A DNA stretch of 64,000 bases from the human T2T-CHM13v2.0 reference genome, Homo sapiens (GCF_009914755.1 NC_060926.1), one strand, 5' to 3'; shown: positions 1 to 12,476, counted from the first letter of the stretch. The notes: generated from the letters alone by a model not told the origin. Made by a program: numbers and translations.

Positions 1-363
1 TTAAAATAATTTTAGAGTCATTAAAAATGGATTGCTAGCACAGATGCCGTTCCCACAGCAGACATTGCTCATCAGTGGAAGGGAACATATCCGGAAAAGG
101 CGCTTGGTTGTGGGTCAGGGGCTTGGGTTTTCTCTGCCTCTGCCTCGCCTGTGTGATCCCAGGCCAGTCCCTTCTTCTCATCGAGGAGCTGCGTGGAATC
201 CTTAAATGTACATCAAACACTTACGTTACTGGCTGAGTGGCCCTTCACTTGGGGTTCCTTGTTTAGGTGGGAGCCCAGACACCCACACAGTGGAGAATCC
301 TCCATGTGAGAGCACGGGTCCCCGAGTGCCTCTCAACTCTGTGCCACAGGCAGGGCCTCTTAC

Positions 364-578
364 CACAACTGTCCCACAGGACCTCCTGTGGTGACAGGCG
401 AGCTCTAGGGCTGTGCTGTCCAAAAAGGGAGCCTCTAGCTGCACGAGGCTGCCCAGCACTGGAAATGGGACTGGTGCAGCTGAGAAATGAAATTGTAAAT
501 TTTATTTCATTTTAACGAAGTAAAATTAAAATTTAAATAGCTGCAGGTGGCTGGTGCTCCTGTATTGGACAGAGCAGC
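364..578 (+). mobile_element. MER3-like hAT-Charlie DNA transposon remnant
   Basis: Resembles MER3 consensus as recalled: GCTGTCCAA...GAAATG...AT-rich core AAATTTAAATAGC...GTATTGGACAG; boundaries approximate. Confidence 0.7.
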
Positions 579-1830
579 TCTAGGAGGCTCCCAGGAGGGA
601 GAGAGTGCTATGGGCTGGAATGTCAGGAAAGCCTTTGGGAAAGACCCAGGCCCTGGAGGAAATGTGGGGTTGGGGTGTCAGTGCGAGGCAGAGGCCTGGA
701 AGGAGGAGAAGGGAGTATGAGGCCAGGGGAGCAGGAGAGTGCTGACGTCAGGGCAGCATTTTCCGAAGAGGAGGCTGGATGCTGCCGGAAGAGATCCACT
801 GGGCGCAAGGTAAAGAGGCCCGGCCTGCGCTGGAGGTGGCGGTGGGATGAAAGGGGAGGGGCTGGGTTTGGAAGACATTGTCAGTAAGAGTTGCCCTGAC
901 CAGACATCAGGTTCCCTGGGTGGGTGTGGTGAACAGGGGTGGGGGAAGGTGCTGCTGTCTATATGCCTCACCAGATGGCAGGGGCAGCTGGCCATGGGTA
1001 AGCTGGCCTGGGCTGGGGATGCAACGTTGGGGTGCTTGGAAGGAAAAGCTGGTACCATGGGAAGGAATGAGCAACTGGAGGAAGAGTCCATGTGGGACTG
1101 TTTGGAGAAGGGCACAGGCCCTGGCACCTTCGGAGCAGGAGGGAGGCAGGCGGCAGGGCTGGCACTTCTCGGGGGGACTCGGCAGGACTGAGTGCAAGTG
1201 CAGAACAGGGCGGGAGGGCAGCGGTATGAGCTGCAGGCTGCCAGAGCCCTGAGGGGGCTTGCCCCTGCATCCAGTGTGACAGATCTGTCTTCTGGGCGGC
1301 AGGGAGTTAAGGAAAGTGCCTGAAGAAAAGGCACCTGCCTTGATGAAAACATCATTTTGTCCAGGCTCATTTAATTTGATGAACGTGATCACAGTTTCCC
1401 CATTTGCAAAGTGGGTGGGAATTTAAGGGTGAAATGAGCAGGAGATACAGAAGTCCCTGGAACTGCAAAAACCTGTACTGCTGAGCGCATTAGAGAAATG
1501 CCAGGAGGCCGTCTCTCTGGTCTCCAATAGTCTTAGCGCTGATTAAATTGTAGCAGGGCAAACACTAGTTGGACAGTGTTGAACTGTCCAGAGGGACTTC
1601 CCGACCATGATGGGAATTCAAACCTAGTGACAGTCACCACAGGCTGCTCACAGCTTGTTTTGTCCTTGAGTCCTGCTAAGGAGAGCAGAATTCACCATTC
1701 TGTGGGAGGGGGTGCCCTTACTACTGAGGCCCTTTCTAGTTCAGAAGGCACATGTAGACCTGATCTCTCTGAGGCTCCCTAGAGCCCTGGGTAAGGGATG
1801 CTGATTCTTGTCTCTCTACGCTTGGTCTAG

Positions 1831-1971
1831 GGTGCAGACGAGTTTATGGGTCGCTGCATCTGTCAACCGAGTCTGGAACGGATGCCACGGCTGGCCTGGT
1901 TCCCACTGACGAGGGGCAGCCAGCCGTCGGGGGAGCTGCTGGCCTCTTTTGAGCTCATCCAGAGAGAGAAG
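1831..1971 (+). CDS. DYSF: Dysferlin exon 34 (141 nt, phase 0-0): [47 protein letters not shown], end of a C2 domain
   Basis: Acceptor cttggtctag|GGT, donor AAG|gtgagg; overlaps ORF 1846..2061. Confidence 0.97.
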
Positions 1972-2627
1972 GTGAGGCTGGTCTATATCCAGATCCAGGA
2001 GGCCCAGGCAGGAGTGGGGTGGGGGCCAACCCTCTGTGGGAGCCTGGAACACCTCCTCTGAAGCCAGGCCTCCTGCTGAGACCCATTTTCTGAACCCTAA
2101 GTCAGGACACCATCTAACATCGGAATAGAATTTGGGGATCAGGAATGTCTGAGTCCTCTGGTCACTGGATTTAATCTTCCTTGGGTCATCTCCTGACGTG
2201 GTTTCTGGGAGGAGGACCTCTGTGGTCTGATTAAGGGAGCCTTAATTGCCACAATGTGAGGGACTCCAGGGACAGGCAAGGGCAGGATCCCCGTTGCATT
2301 GCTGGCTTCACCATGACCTAGCCTCATGGCCCTGGGCCAGCCACTCCCCTGCTGTAAAATGAGAGGTTTGGGTTGGACCTGTACCTTCAAACTTCCTCTT
2401 AGTATGATGTGAACCCGAATATGTAGACTGAATAGGAGTAGGGCTGCTCTGGGTGAAGTGTCTGGAGGAATGGGCACAGTGCCAGCCTAGCATCCCTTCT
2501 ACCCTCAAGGAATAGAGGCTGCAAACCATGGACTGTCTGATCACTGACATAGTCCATGAGTGTCATGAGGGTGATGGGGGCCTTAGGTGACAAGCACATG
2601 ACCAGAGCTCTCTTTTCTTCACTCCAG

Positions 2628-2657
2628 CCGGCCATCCACCATATTCCTGGTTTTGAG
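2628..2657 (+). CDS. DYSF: Dysferlin exon 35 (30 nt): PAIHHIPGFE
   Basis: Acceptor tcttttcttcactccag|CCG, consensus donor GAG|gtaagt; frame continues exon 34. Confidence 0.95.
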
Positions 2658-3904
2658 GTAAGTCTTGCTCTGACCTTTCCTTCTTCAAACTGATTGCCAG
2701 TCTCCCTGTGTTTGGCATCTCTCTGGGTTAGGAAGGGTGGCCAGGCATTACCGCGATCCTGCCTCAAGCCCCCGGGGAAGCTCTTTCAAGCAGAGGAGGG
2801 CCCGGGCTGGAGGGAGCTCAAAGTCTCTGCCAAGCTCAGGCCTTTGCTGCCCTTCTCTGCGAAGTCCAAGAACCACAGAATCCCAGATGGAAGGATCCTC
2901 ATAATTGTCCAGCCCAGTGGCTTTCAGCTGGCTGAGCATTAGAATCTCCGGGACAGCACTGCCCAGGGAATCTTAATGCACATCCAGGACTGAGAATCAC
3001 TGACTTAGCCCCAGGGTTCTGAAAGTGTGGCCCATTCTTGAGTCCTACTTCAAGCCCACTGAAGCAATTCTGAGGGCAGCCCAGCAACCTCTGTATCAAC
3101 TTGCCCTCCAGGGCCTTCTCACACATGCACGAGTTTCAGAAGCCCTGATTCAGACCACATTTCCCACTGAATTGTTCTTACCAAGACCTCATTTTCTTTC
3201 CTCTTCCTGGACGGGGGCTTCATTCCCTTACTGCTGCTCTCCTTCCTTCTTCTGGAGGTCTTGGTAGAAAATGTTGAGCTTTGACTGGTACCCAGGTGCA
3301 CTGGATGCATTACCTGATTACATGCCAAGTTCAGCTGCATCTATGAGAAGTAGTCATCTGGGCTGTGTTTGGACACCTCCATTGTCCTTCACAAGGCAGC
3401 CCACACAATTTTTAGAGAGTTCTTGGGAGGCCCTCCCTTCATGCAAGCCCTCCTTCACCAGCCCTGCCCCTCCAGCTCTCCCTCCCTGTCCTAAGCTCCT
3501 GCTCTCAGTGCTGCCTGCTCCTGGGGGTTCTAGGTTGGTTCTCCTCAGCTTGCCAAGGCCACAGGCTCCCAAGCCCTTCCCATCACCTGCTGCTCTTCTC
3601 TTTCCTTTTGTTGCTTCCAGAGATTCCTGGCGTCCAGGCTTATGCTTTAGCCTTTCCCAGCGTCCCTCTGCACTGACATCCATCACACCTTCTTTCCCAG
3701 GGACCACTTTAGGGGCGTGGCTGGGAAGTGCATCATTCTTACCCTTGGTGGGAGGTGGTTTCTGTTGGCTCCTCTTAGTGGTGGCATCTGGCATGCTGAC
3801 CTCTGGCCCCGCCTAGTGCTCCTTGATACTAATAGAGAACTTTTTCCCCTTCCAACCCCTCTCACCATCTCCTGGATGTGCCACATCCCATGGCTGTGGG
3901 CCAG

Positions 3905-3934
3905 GTGCAGGAGACATCAAGGATCCTGGATGAG
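3905..3934 (+). CDS. DYSF: Dysferlin exon 36 (30 nt): VQETSRILDE
   Basis: Acceptor gggccag|GTG, donor GAG|gtgagc; peptide visible in ORF 3878..4189. Confidence 0.95.
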
Positions 3935-6900
3935 GTGAGCTGGGCGTGGTGGTTGGGATGGGTGGGCCGAGGTAGAGGGAAGGTGAAGCCAGCCTTCAAG
4001 CACACACCTGGAGCCTTCCAGGTTCCTGGTGCCCAGCAGGCATCTGTCACATGGAGACCTGTCTGGATTTTATTCCCCATGCTGTGTGTGGATTCAGGGC
4101 TGCCCAGAGTGTGTCCTGGGGGTGATCCTGGTCTAAGAAGGCTTGCTGTCCTGCTAGGAGGCCAGATTTCACCCAGACAACATGAATAGCAATACAGATT
4201 CTTAAATGATTAAGTACCAGGTGGCACATTTTGAAGAATAAATTGTTTGGAAGGGGCCAGAGTAGTCAAGGAAGCCTTTCTGGTGGAGGTGGCATTAGTC
4301 AAATGTCTTTATGCCCATCAGCACTTAGGAAGAAAGTGAGAAACATGGCTTTGGCTCAAAAGGCCAAGGACCAGTTTGGGTCCTGGCTGGTTTGGGGGAT
4401 GGGGCGAGCTGGGGACCTCCTAGGGACGGGAAGAAGTTTAGAGTTTGCATTTAGATAAAGCAAGGCTGCATCCTTTGCCATGGGAGGAGAGATGCACGTT
4501 CCCTATGGCCTCCTGTGCATCTGTGGGTGGATTGTCGTGAGCCAGGCCAGAGGGTGGGTGGCAGAGACCTGGGTGGAGAGACAGGAAGGAGAGCCCTGGT
4601 CAGATGAGGCGTTGGGAAAAGGGCAGCCACTTCCTGCCATTAGGGAATCCCCAGACCGACAGCGGACACTATTTGACATTTTCAGTGCAATTTGGACTTG
4701 AAGTGCAGAGTCAGGATGTGGGATCCACAGGCCCCGCACCCCTTACCTCACTTCCTTTTGCTCCCAGACCGAGGTGGGGTCCGCCAAGTGAGCTCGCTGT
4801 AATTGCGCCTGACAGGCGGCCTCCTGCTTCTGGCTGCAGTTGCAAAAGACTGCCGATTTGGAAAGGGAGGTGGAGTCCTGTCCAGGGAAGCAGCACGGAG
4901 CCCTCTCTGTTGATTGAGTGCACTTTGTGGCCAAAACCCACAGCCTGCTCTGAAGAAGACCCAGCCCAGGGATGAGTTATTAAAAAAAAAGTTAAAATCC
5001 TTAATAACTGGATTCGTAATATGTAACAGTGAAGGCTCAGATTCCGAGGGCAGGGATCTGGCTGCAGTCTCGTCAGAAAGCAAATCAAAACTGCAGCTCA
5101 TGGGCCAGAGCCCGAAGAGCACCGAGTGCCCCCTGCAGGGCCAAGCAGGCTGCAGGCTGAGGGTGGGTGTGGGTCAGCAGGGCCAGGGGAGAGCAAGTCC
5201 TAGGAGTGTGCTAGGCACAGGGCTGGGCCAGGCCAGCAGGTTCAAAGGGTCCAAGGAGGACCTATCCCAGTGGGATGAATGATCTGCTGGTCCAGGGACC
5301 AGCCCCAGAAGATGACCTTGTGACCTCCCTCAGTCCCAGGGGATAGCCCTGGGACCCCTAGCTCAGCCCATGTCCTTCTCACTTGAAGGCTAAGCCTGAT
5401 GCCAAGATGCTGAGTCCTCTTCGCTTTAAGAAGCCCCAGGGCTGGGTGGTCCTTCTGTTGCCACTGGTCCTCCTGTAAGTAGGACCGCAGCAGGGTGTTT
5501 CTGTCTTCTTTGCTGTGACCAAGCTCCTGCCTTGTATCTCCCATCTGGCTGCTCCCAGGCTCCTGGCCCGATCCCTGTGAAGAGTGCTCAAGCCTTTCTG
5601 GAGGGCTGGGAGCCTCCTCCTGAGCCCCTGGCCATGGGAGCCCATGAGAGTCAGGGGGCAGTGAGGGAAGATGGGTGTGTTGGGGAGCTGTCTGGCTGCA
5701 GGAGGTGTGGGTTTGAGAGACTAGCTAGGAGGCTCTTGAGCCAGTTGAGATAGGGGCCTGGACTGGAGACAGGCCAGTAGGAACGGATGGGGCAAGTGAC
5801 TCTGAAGGATGGTTTAAGGATATCCTCTCTTGTGGGAAGTGCCTTTCAGCTAGCGCAGCCAGGTGCAGAGATTTCCAAGCCACAGTGCCTGTGAATGAGA
5901 TGAAATACTGTCTGCCCTTGTCGAAGGCTCCCAGAGCAGGACAGTGAGGGTAACTTCCTGGAAGAGGTGCCACTGAGCTAGCTTTTGAAGTTGGGATTGG
6001 TAGAAAATGTGGGGAGGTGGCCCAGGCAGCAGTGTCTTGGGCTGGGGGCATGTCACCTCCTGGATGTGGCCTGTTGGACAACAAACTTCCCCTCTCCCAG
6101 GCTTTATGCCCATCTGGGACACCTCTCTCTGCAGCTCTTGGTCAGGAAGTGAGGCTGTTGCATGGTGTGTCTGAGGCTTTGATGATGTCCGGGAGATCTG
6201 GGTCCTCGCAGACAGAGCAGATGGAGGGAAGGGTTTCCTTTTCGCTCTCCGGTCTGCATTTTCTTTGTCTTTCCCTCTCTTCCTGAGTCTCTTCCCACTC
6301 TCCTTTCGTGTTTCACTCTTCCTGTTTGCTCCTTGGCCCCAGCTTCCTCCTTCTCCCCGCCTCTTCTGAGCCCTCTGTCTCGTTTCTTTTCCTTTTTGTC
6401 TGGAGAACAAAGGCAGTCCTTGCTGCCAAGGGGAATGAGTTCAAAGAAACTGCAATTTTAGATTTCCTGAGAACTGGAGAATGTGTGCATGCACGTGTGA
6501 GCGTGTGCGAGTGTGTACACTCTCGAGGGCACACACATGCACGCACACACAGCAGCTGAGGTGATGGTGGGTCCCTGAATGCCCAGGGCCCCCTAGGATA
6601 CAGAACATGTGTAGAAGAAGACCCATGGGGCTTGTGATCCTGACCATTTCGGGGAGGTGGGGAGGGGAGGGGGTGTGGTTTAGAGAATTACCCTTGCTTC
6701 TGCTGCTGCTCTCCTGCTGGGGCAGGGGATGCCCTGGTGGGAGGGATCGTATGCTTTGTGGCTGATTTTACTGCCAGTTCAGGGGTGGGGGCCACCAGAT
6801 ACCACTCCATCCACCCATCCAGGCTGCAGGGTATATGGCTTTTACTCTAAGATGTACCCGGGGTACTCTCCTGTACCCCCAAGTCCACTGGAAGGAAAAA

Positions 6901-8034
6901 TTTGGTGTTTTGCAATCAGGAAAATAAAGCCAGTGGTCCCCCATCCCCCATTCCTCCCCCAAGGCCTTAATTTAAAACACTGTTTTTCCTGGGAAGTGTA
7001 ATTAGAGCAACATGTTGTTCCTAACGAGCTGGGTGGGGCAGGCAGACAATGGAGCCCTCCCAGCCTGCCTGGCTGCCCCCTGCCTGGAGCTCCCCGAGGA
7101 ACCAGGATGTGACTGCAGCGTCTTCTGTCCTCTGCTGGGTGAGGTGAGGGTCCATAGGCTACTGATGACCCGGCTGATGCAGGAGGCTTGCCAACACTTC
7201 CCTTGCCCTGGGAGCGACTCCTGTCTAACATGGTGGCCCCTAGACTGGGCTGGGGGAGCCCCTTTCATGGCTCAGGGCCTTGGTTCTTCGTGGTAAACTG
7301 GCCAGCGGGACTGATAGACTGAAGTGGGCTTGAGGATGGCTTCAGCTCTGGTAGGGGAGAGAGCTTCACTTGTTCTTGGGGTCTTCTTGGTCTGGGCTGG
7401 CTTGATCAACACTCTGCACACCTGTAGAACCCATCTCTGCAGCCGCCCCTGGTCTGCCCTGCATTTGAAGGGAGCAAGACGGGAGCTGGTCAAATGTGGC
7501 TTCCTCTGATTAGGCTTATCAGAGTCCTCCATCACCCCTAGGACAGTGAATCAGGATGTTCTGGTGGCACTTTCAGTCTACACCCCATCTGCCCAGCAGT
7601 GCTGAGAGGCTTCCCAGTTGCAGTGAGGGTCGCAGCACCCTCACTGAGAATTACTGTCCTGGAGGGGGGGTGCTGTGCCCCTCAAGTGGGCTGGACCAGA
7701 AAAAAAGTTGAAAACCAGGCTCAAGAGCTGGCAGAGACCTCAGGACTCCTGCCTGGGAGATGATCAGAGATCCCTTAGGACCATAGGAATGGGGTATGTG
7801 GGGAAAGGGTCATGTAGACGGGGTTAAGAGAGTCAGAGTCAGGTTATAAGACGTTTCTGGAGCGTCTTGGGGAGATTTTCTAGAGACCTTGAATTAGGCC
7901 CTAAAAATGGGTTAGATTCAGTTGGCAGTAAAGAAAGCCCATTGAACCAGAGGGAGTAATGAGCAGGCCTGGGGAGGACCCAGGGTCAGGCTAGAGCAGG
8001 CACGGGTGCTAGGAAGGAGGACAGTGCGTGTTGG

Positions 8035-9060
8035 ATTCATTCCTTTATCCTCCCATCCACCCACTCTTCTGTCTTCACCCTCCCTCTTCCCCTTCAGTTA
8101 TCCATTCATAATCATTTATTTGTTGGACGGGGGAATTCAGCTATGGTCCCTGTGTACAGAATTGCTGGTTTAACCAAGGACACAATCAAATGAACACGTG
8201 GAGATAGCATGGGTGATGGATTGATGTGTCTTTCTATGGGAATAAGTGTAAGTTGCTATGGGAGCTACGGGGGTACTTAAGCTTGGGGCACCAGGAAAGA
8301 TTTAAATGGACACCTGCTGTCTGAATAGGAAGTACAGGAGGAGTAGGGGTAGAAGTGCATTTCAGACAGAGGGACCACTGAGCTCCAAGCCTCAAAGCTA
8401 AAAGAGCATGGTACCTCCTGCAACCTGCTAGCATTCAGAAGGGCAGGGGTTGCGTGTGTCCCAGGAGGTGGTTCATCACTACTTGGGGTCATCAAGGGGA
8501 AATTTATCTCATGAGAGACATGCCCAGAGAAGGCAGCAGGAGCTGGAAGATTAGAGGTCTTGTGGAGGCTACTTTGAAGAGTCTGCACTTCATCCTGAGC
8601 AGATGGGAAGACATTGGAGGACTTGAAACAAAGAGTGACATTATTAGAAAGCCTGCCTTGGCTGCAGATTGTAGCACGCGTGGGCTGTTGGGAGAGGGTG
8701 TCAAAACCAAGTGAAAGGGGGATGCTGGTGAATCCAGGCAAGAGAGGGTAGTGGCTTGCACTGAGCAAAGGAGATGGGTGGGCGGGCGTGAGAGATGTTC
8801 AGGAGACAGGATTACCAGTGTTTGGTGATCAGTCAGGCAGGGCGATGAGGGGCAGGAGGAGCCAAGGGTGGCGTGGGAGCTTTTGGCTTGGTTGTCTAGA
8901 TGGTGGGGTCAGACTTGAAGAGAGCAGGTTCTGAGGGGGAAGATGAAGAATCCAGTTTTGGACAAGTTCAGTGTGAGAGGCCAGTAGGACACATTAATGA
9001 ACTAAGCAGTAAGATATTGGGGCTTAGCAGAGATGTTTGGGAGCAGAAAGTCTAGGAGAG
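8035..9060 (-). mobile_element. Degraded LINE-2 (L2) fragments
   Basis: ATTCATT-type 3' end followed by purine-rich L2-like body (CCAGTTTTGGACAAGTTCAGTGTGAG, GCAAGAGAGGGTAGTGGCTTG); boundaries approximate. Confidence 0.6.
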
Positions 9061-10634
9061 GGCTAAGGAGCAGATCAGGGCTTGGTGGAGGAAGATGGGA
9101 AGGCTGCAGAGGAGGCTCAGCAAACAGGGTGAGGGCCAGCAGTGTGGATCCAGAGAGACTGTTTGGGAAGGAGATGAGGTTAGCTGGCCAGATGCTGCTG
9201 AGGGGGTGAGAGAGAGAAGAGCCCACGAGTGTCCTTCGGGTAGGGGACTCTGGAGACAAATTTCCGGGGAGGGGTGCTGAGGGCAGAAGCAGGGTGCACT
9301 GGGAAGCAGGTGGTGTGGACATGAGGGAGGAGAGGTAGTGGATGGAGACAGGATTAGAGAGAGGAGAGGAGGGAGCCTGCAGAGAGGAGGGCGTGGGTGG
9401 ATTTGGGAGATGGGGATGTCTTTAAATTGGGAAGGAGCAGATCCAGGAGATAGTGTGAAAAATTGGGGAGGAGCATTTGGACGCATGGTCAGAGGGGGAG
9501 CCACAGAGGCAGGCAACCCTGGGAGGTGGCAGGAAATGGCAGGGAAGAAGCATGTCCTGGGACCCCTGGGGACAGCACGGTGGACAGAGATGGCCTTGGG
9601 ATGCATGCTGTGGCCTCATGCTGAGGAAGCTGCCTGGACACACCTCTAACCACTGTCTCTGCCTGTCTCTTCCTTCTGCCTCCGCTGGGCCCGACGCTCC
9701 GCAGCTGTGTGCTCCTGCCTTCTTCCTCCAGGGCCTTCTCCAAACGGTATTGGAGCTTAACCTTCTCCAGGTTCTTGTTCCCCTGTCCTCAGCAAGCAGG
9801 CTCCTGAAGATGCGGAGCCTGGTCCCCAGCCTTTAGAGAGGAATGTCATCACCACGGAGCTCGAGGGAGCCCCGAGGGACAGACCGAGGAAATGAGGGAT
9901 AAAGTGGATACTGCCCAGCGTTTGGGGGCCTAGAGAGGAAATATTCTGGGAGGAATGTATTCATGAGTTTTCCTTAGTGATTTTAAGAGAACAAGTGTAT
10001 GAGAAAGATTGGTCTTTCTGCCACTCCACTCAGGGGATCCTGGGGCTGTTCCCTCCCTGATGGTTTTTTTTTTTGGCCCCTCTTTGTCTTGGGTTTTTGG
10101 CTCTGGGTCCATATTGGGTTGGGCACTAGCCATAAGGGGCCATGAACAGACCACAAGCAGGCATTCAAGTGCAACCTTGTCTTTAAAGAGGACACCCTGC
10201 TGTGCTGCCACCTGCAGCTGGTGGCCTTGGAGTGCCCAGGGAGGACATCAAACTGGGGGTCCCCATAGCAGCCAGGTCACTGCAGAAGCTGTGTAGGCCC
10301 TGCCTCCATCCTCCAAGGGCACCTTTCATGTGGACTGTGACATGCATAGCAGCCCCTGGAGCTGTGCACTGCAGCAGCCCTGTCCATCACCCCTGCTTAT
10401 CAGACGGTCAGGAATGCAGGTGCTTCCTGCATCATGTCACCTGCATTGTGGGTCTGGAGGAAAATGATAAGTTTTTTTGCTTTATGCCCTGGTGACTTAG
10501 AGATAGTAATAAAGCCAGTGTTGCCCTGAAAGATGCTTCTAATGGCTCAGCTCTCTTGAAGTCACCCTGGGGAGATCAACACCAACACCAATGGCAAAAA
10601 CAATGGTACTAACAACAATTCTAGTAATAGTTAC

Positions 10635-10840
10635 AGTCACAGCCATTTACTAAGCGCCTCCTGTGTGCCAGGCGCTCTTCAGATGTGTTCTCTCATTTAA
10701 TTCTCGGAGCAGCTTATCTCAGATCTTCATCTGAGAATACTGAGTCACTGAAGTTGAGTAATCTGTCCAAGGCCTAATGGCGAGGAGGTGGCAGAGCTGG
10801 AACTAGAGTTGAGGTCTGATTCTAGGACTAAGCTTCCAAC
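10635..10840 (-). mobile_element. MIR SINE
   Basis: CCATTTACTAAGCGCCTCCTGTGTGCCAGGC...CTCATTTAATTCTC...GTGGCAGAGCTGGAACTAGA matches the reverse of the MIR core. Confidence 0.7.
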
Positions 10841-12374
10841 TGCTGTAGGTTGGGGGAAACATGGTGTCATCAGGGTGTCGCTGCACAGGAGCGTGGCTTG
10901 GGTTGGCTGTGAAGTGATTCATGGAGGTGGGGGGAAGCTGATATCTTTCTCTGCTTTGACTGCTCCCACCATCTATGGCAGAGCGTCTGTATGGATGTAC
11001 CATCCTCGCAGAAGGAACCCAACAGAAGTCACTTGGAGAATGAATCCAATGATTTCATTGTTTAATAAATGAGATTACATGAGGCAAGCTCTGTAAAGTG
11101 TCTATCACAGTCCTTTTAATTATAGTTAACATTTCCGGAGTGTCAGGCCCTCCATGTATGGATGTGCAGGTTGGGCACTGCACAAGGACACTGTGTCTAA
11201 GGGGCTGCATTTCTAGCACAGACACCATATACTTGTATTTATTATAACAATTTCCCAATAGGTGGCAGTAAAGTGTCTTGTTCTAATAAACTCAGAAAAT
11301 ATGACAACTTTCTGACATGGAAGTAAAGAGTCTTAAGCACATTTTTCTCTAATCGTCACAAAGACACCACATGGGCTAATAGTCCTGTTGAAGGTTTACA
11401 TGAAGCTCTAAAGGTTATACAGGTATTAACTTCCTCAACCCTCACCCTAACCTTTAGAGGTTGACAACTTTTGCTAACCATTTTATAGATGAAAACATTC
11501 AGCTATAGGAGGTGAAATAATTTATTTAACGTCATACATAGTGGAGTTAGGACTCACACCTGTGTTCCTAACTGCTGTTATTGGTGGTTAACTATCTAAG
11601 GCAGTACCTGCCTCCCTTGCCCCACCTTGCTTCCTCATGTAGTTCTTTGTGATCATTGAGGATTCCTGCCCAACTCTTTCTGGCAAACTCTTAGTAGGCC
11701 AGAATTGACACACACTTGCTCGTCTCTGTAGTGGAGAGAGACCCTCCCCAGCAGTGTGCTTTGGTGCTCTGGGGAGCCCCTTCTCCCATTGCTCAGTTGT
11801 TCTCTTTCTGGCTCACAATGCAAGTATTCTGTCCTCACAGGGGACAGGCGTGAGAGGTGGGGGTTTGGGGCTGGAAGGTGTCTAGGGGTGGGGAAGAAAT
11901 ACCAGGACAGATGATAACCCGGAAGGGTCTGAGCCAGGAGGCAGGAGAACCAGGCTGGCGGGCAGGCACATGGTCCTCTCTGGGACTGAGAGGGGCTGAA
12001 GTGGATCTGCCAGGATGGAATAGGCAGTGTGTGCACGCATATGCTGTGTGCGTATCAGGGAGGGGCAGACCCGGAGCAGCTCAGGGGGCATCAGAGCCTG
12101 CATTATGGGAGGAGGGGTGACGGGATTCAGTTGGAACAAGGTGACCTGAACCCTGGATGAAGGTGCTGGAATTGTGATCCTGGAGAAGATGATGCCTGGC
12201 CGAAACTGACTTAGCTTTTTCGTTTCTGCCTCCCTGTTTGTCCACTTCTGTCTTTCCTTCTCTGTTTCTCCCTGCACTTGGCATTTCTTTCTGTCCTATC
12301 TGTCCTTCTCTCTTGTCTTTTTGCCTTGGTCTTCCTTCCACCTTTGTCTCCATTCTACCTGCTGTCCACTGCAG

Positions 12375-12476
12375 TCTGAGGACACAGACCTGCCCTACCC
12401 ACCACCCCAGAGGGAGGCCAACATCTACATGGTTCCTCAGAACATCAAGCCAGCGCTCCAGCGTACCGCCATCGAG
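12375..12476 (+). CDS. DYSF: Dysferlin exon 37 (102 nt): [34 protein letters not shown]
   Basis: Acceptor ccactgcag|TCT, donor GAG|gtgagc; inside ORF 12321..12731. Confidence 0.97.

Noticed and set aside
678-1392. Overlapping 100-230 aa ORFs on both strands, and similar ORFs throughout GC-rich introns
   Set aside because: No recognisable domains, low-complexity P/S/G/L composition, expected by chance in GC-rich DNA
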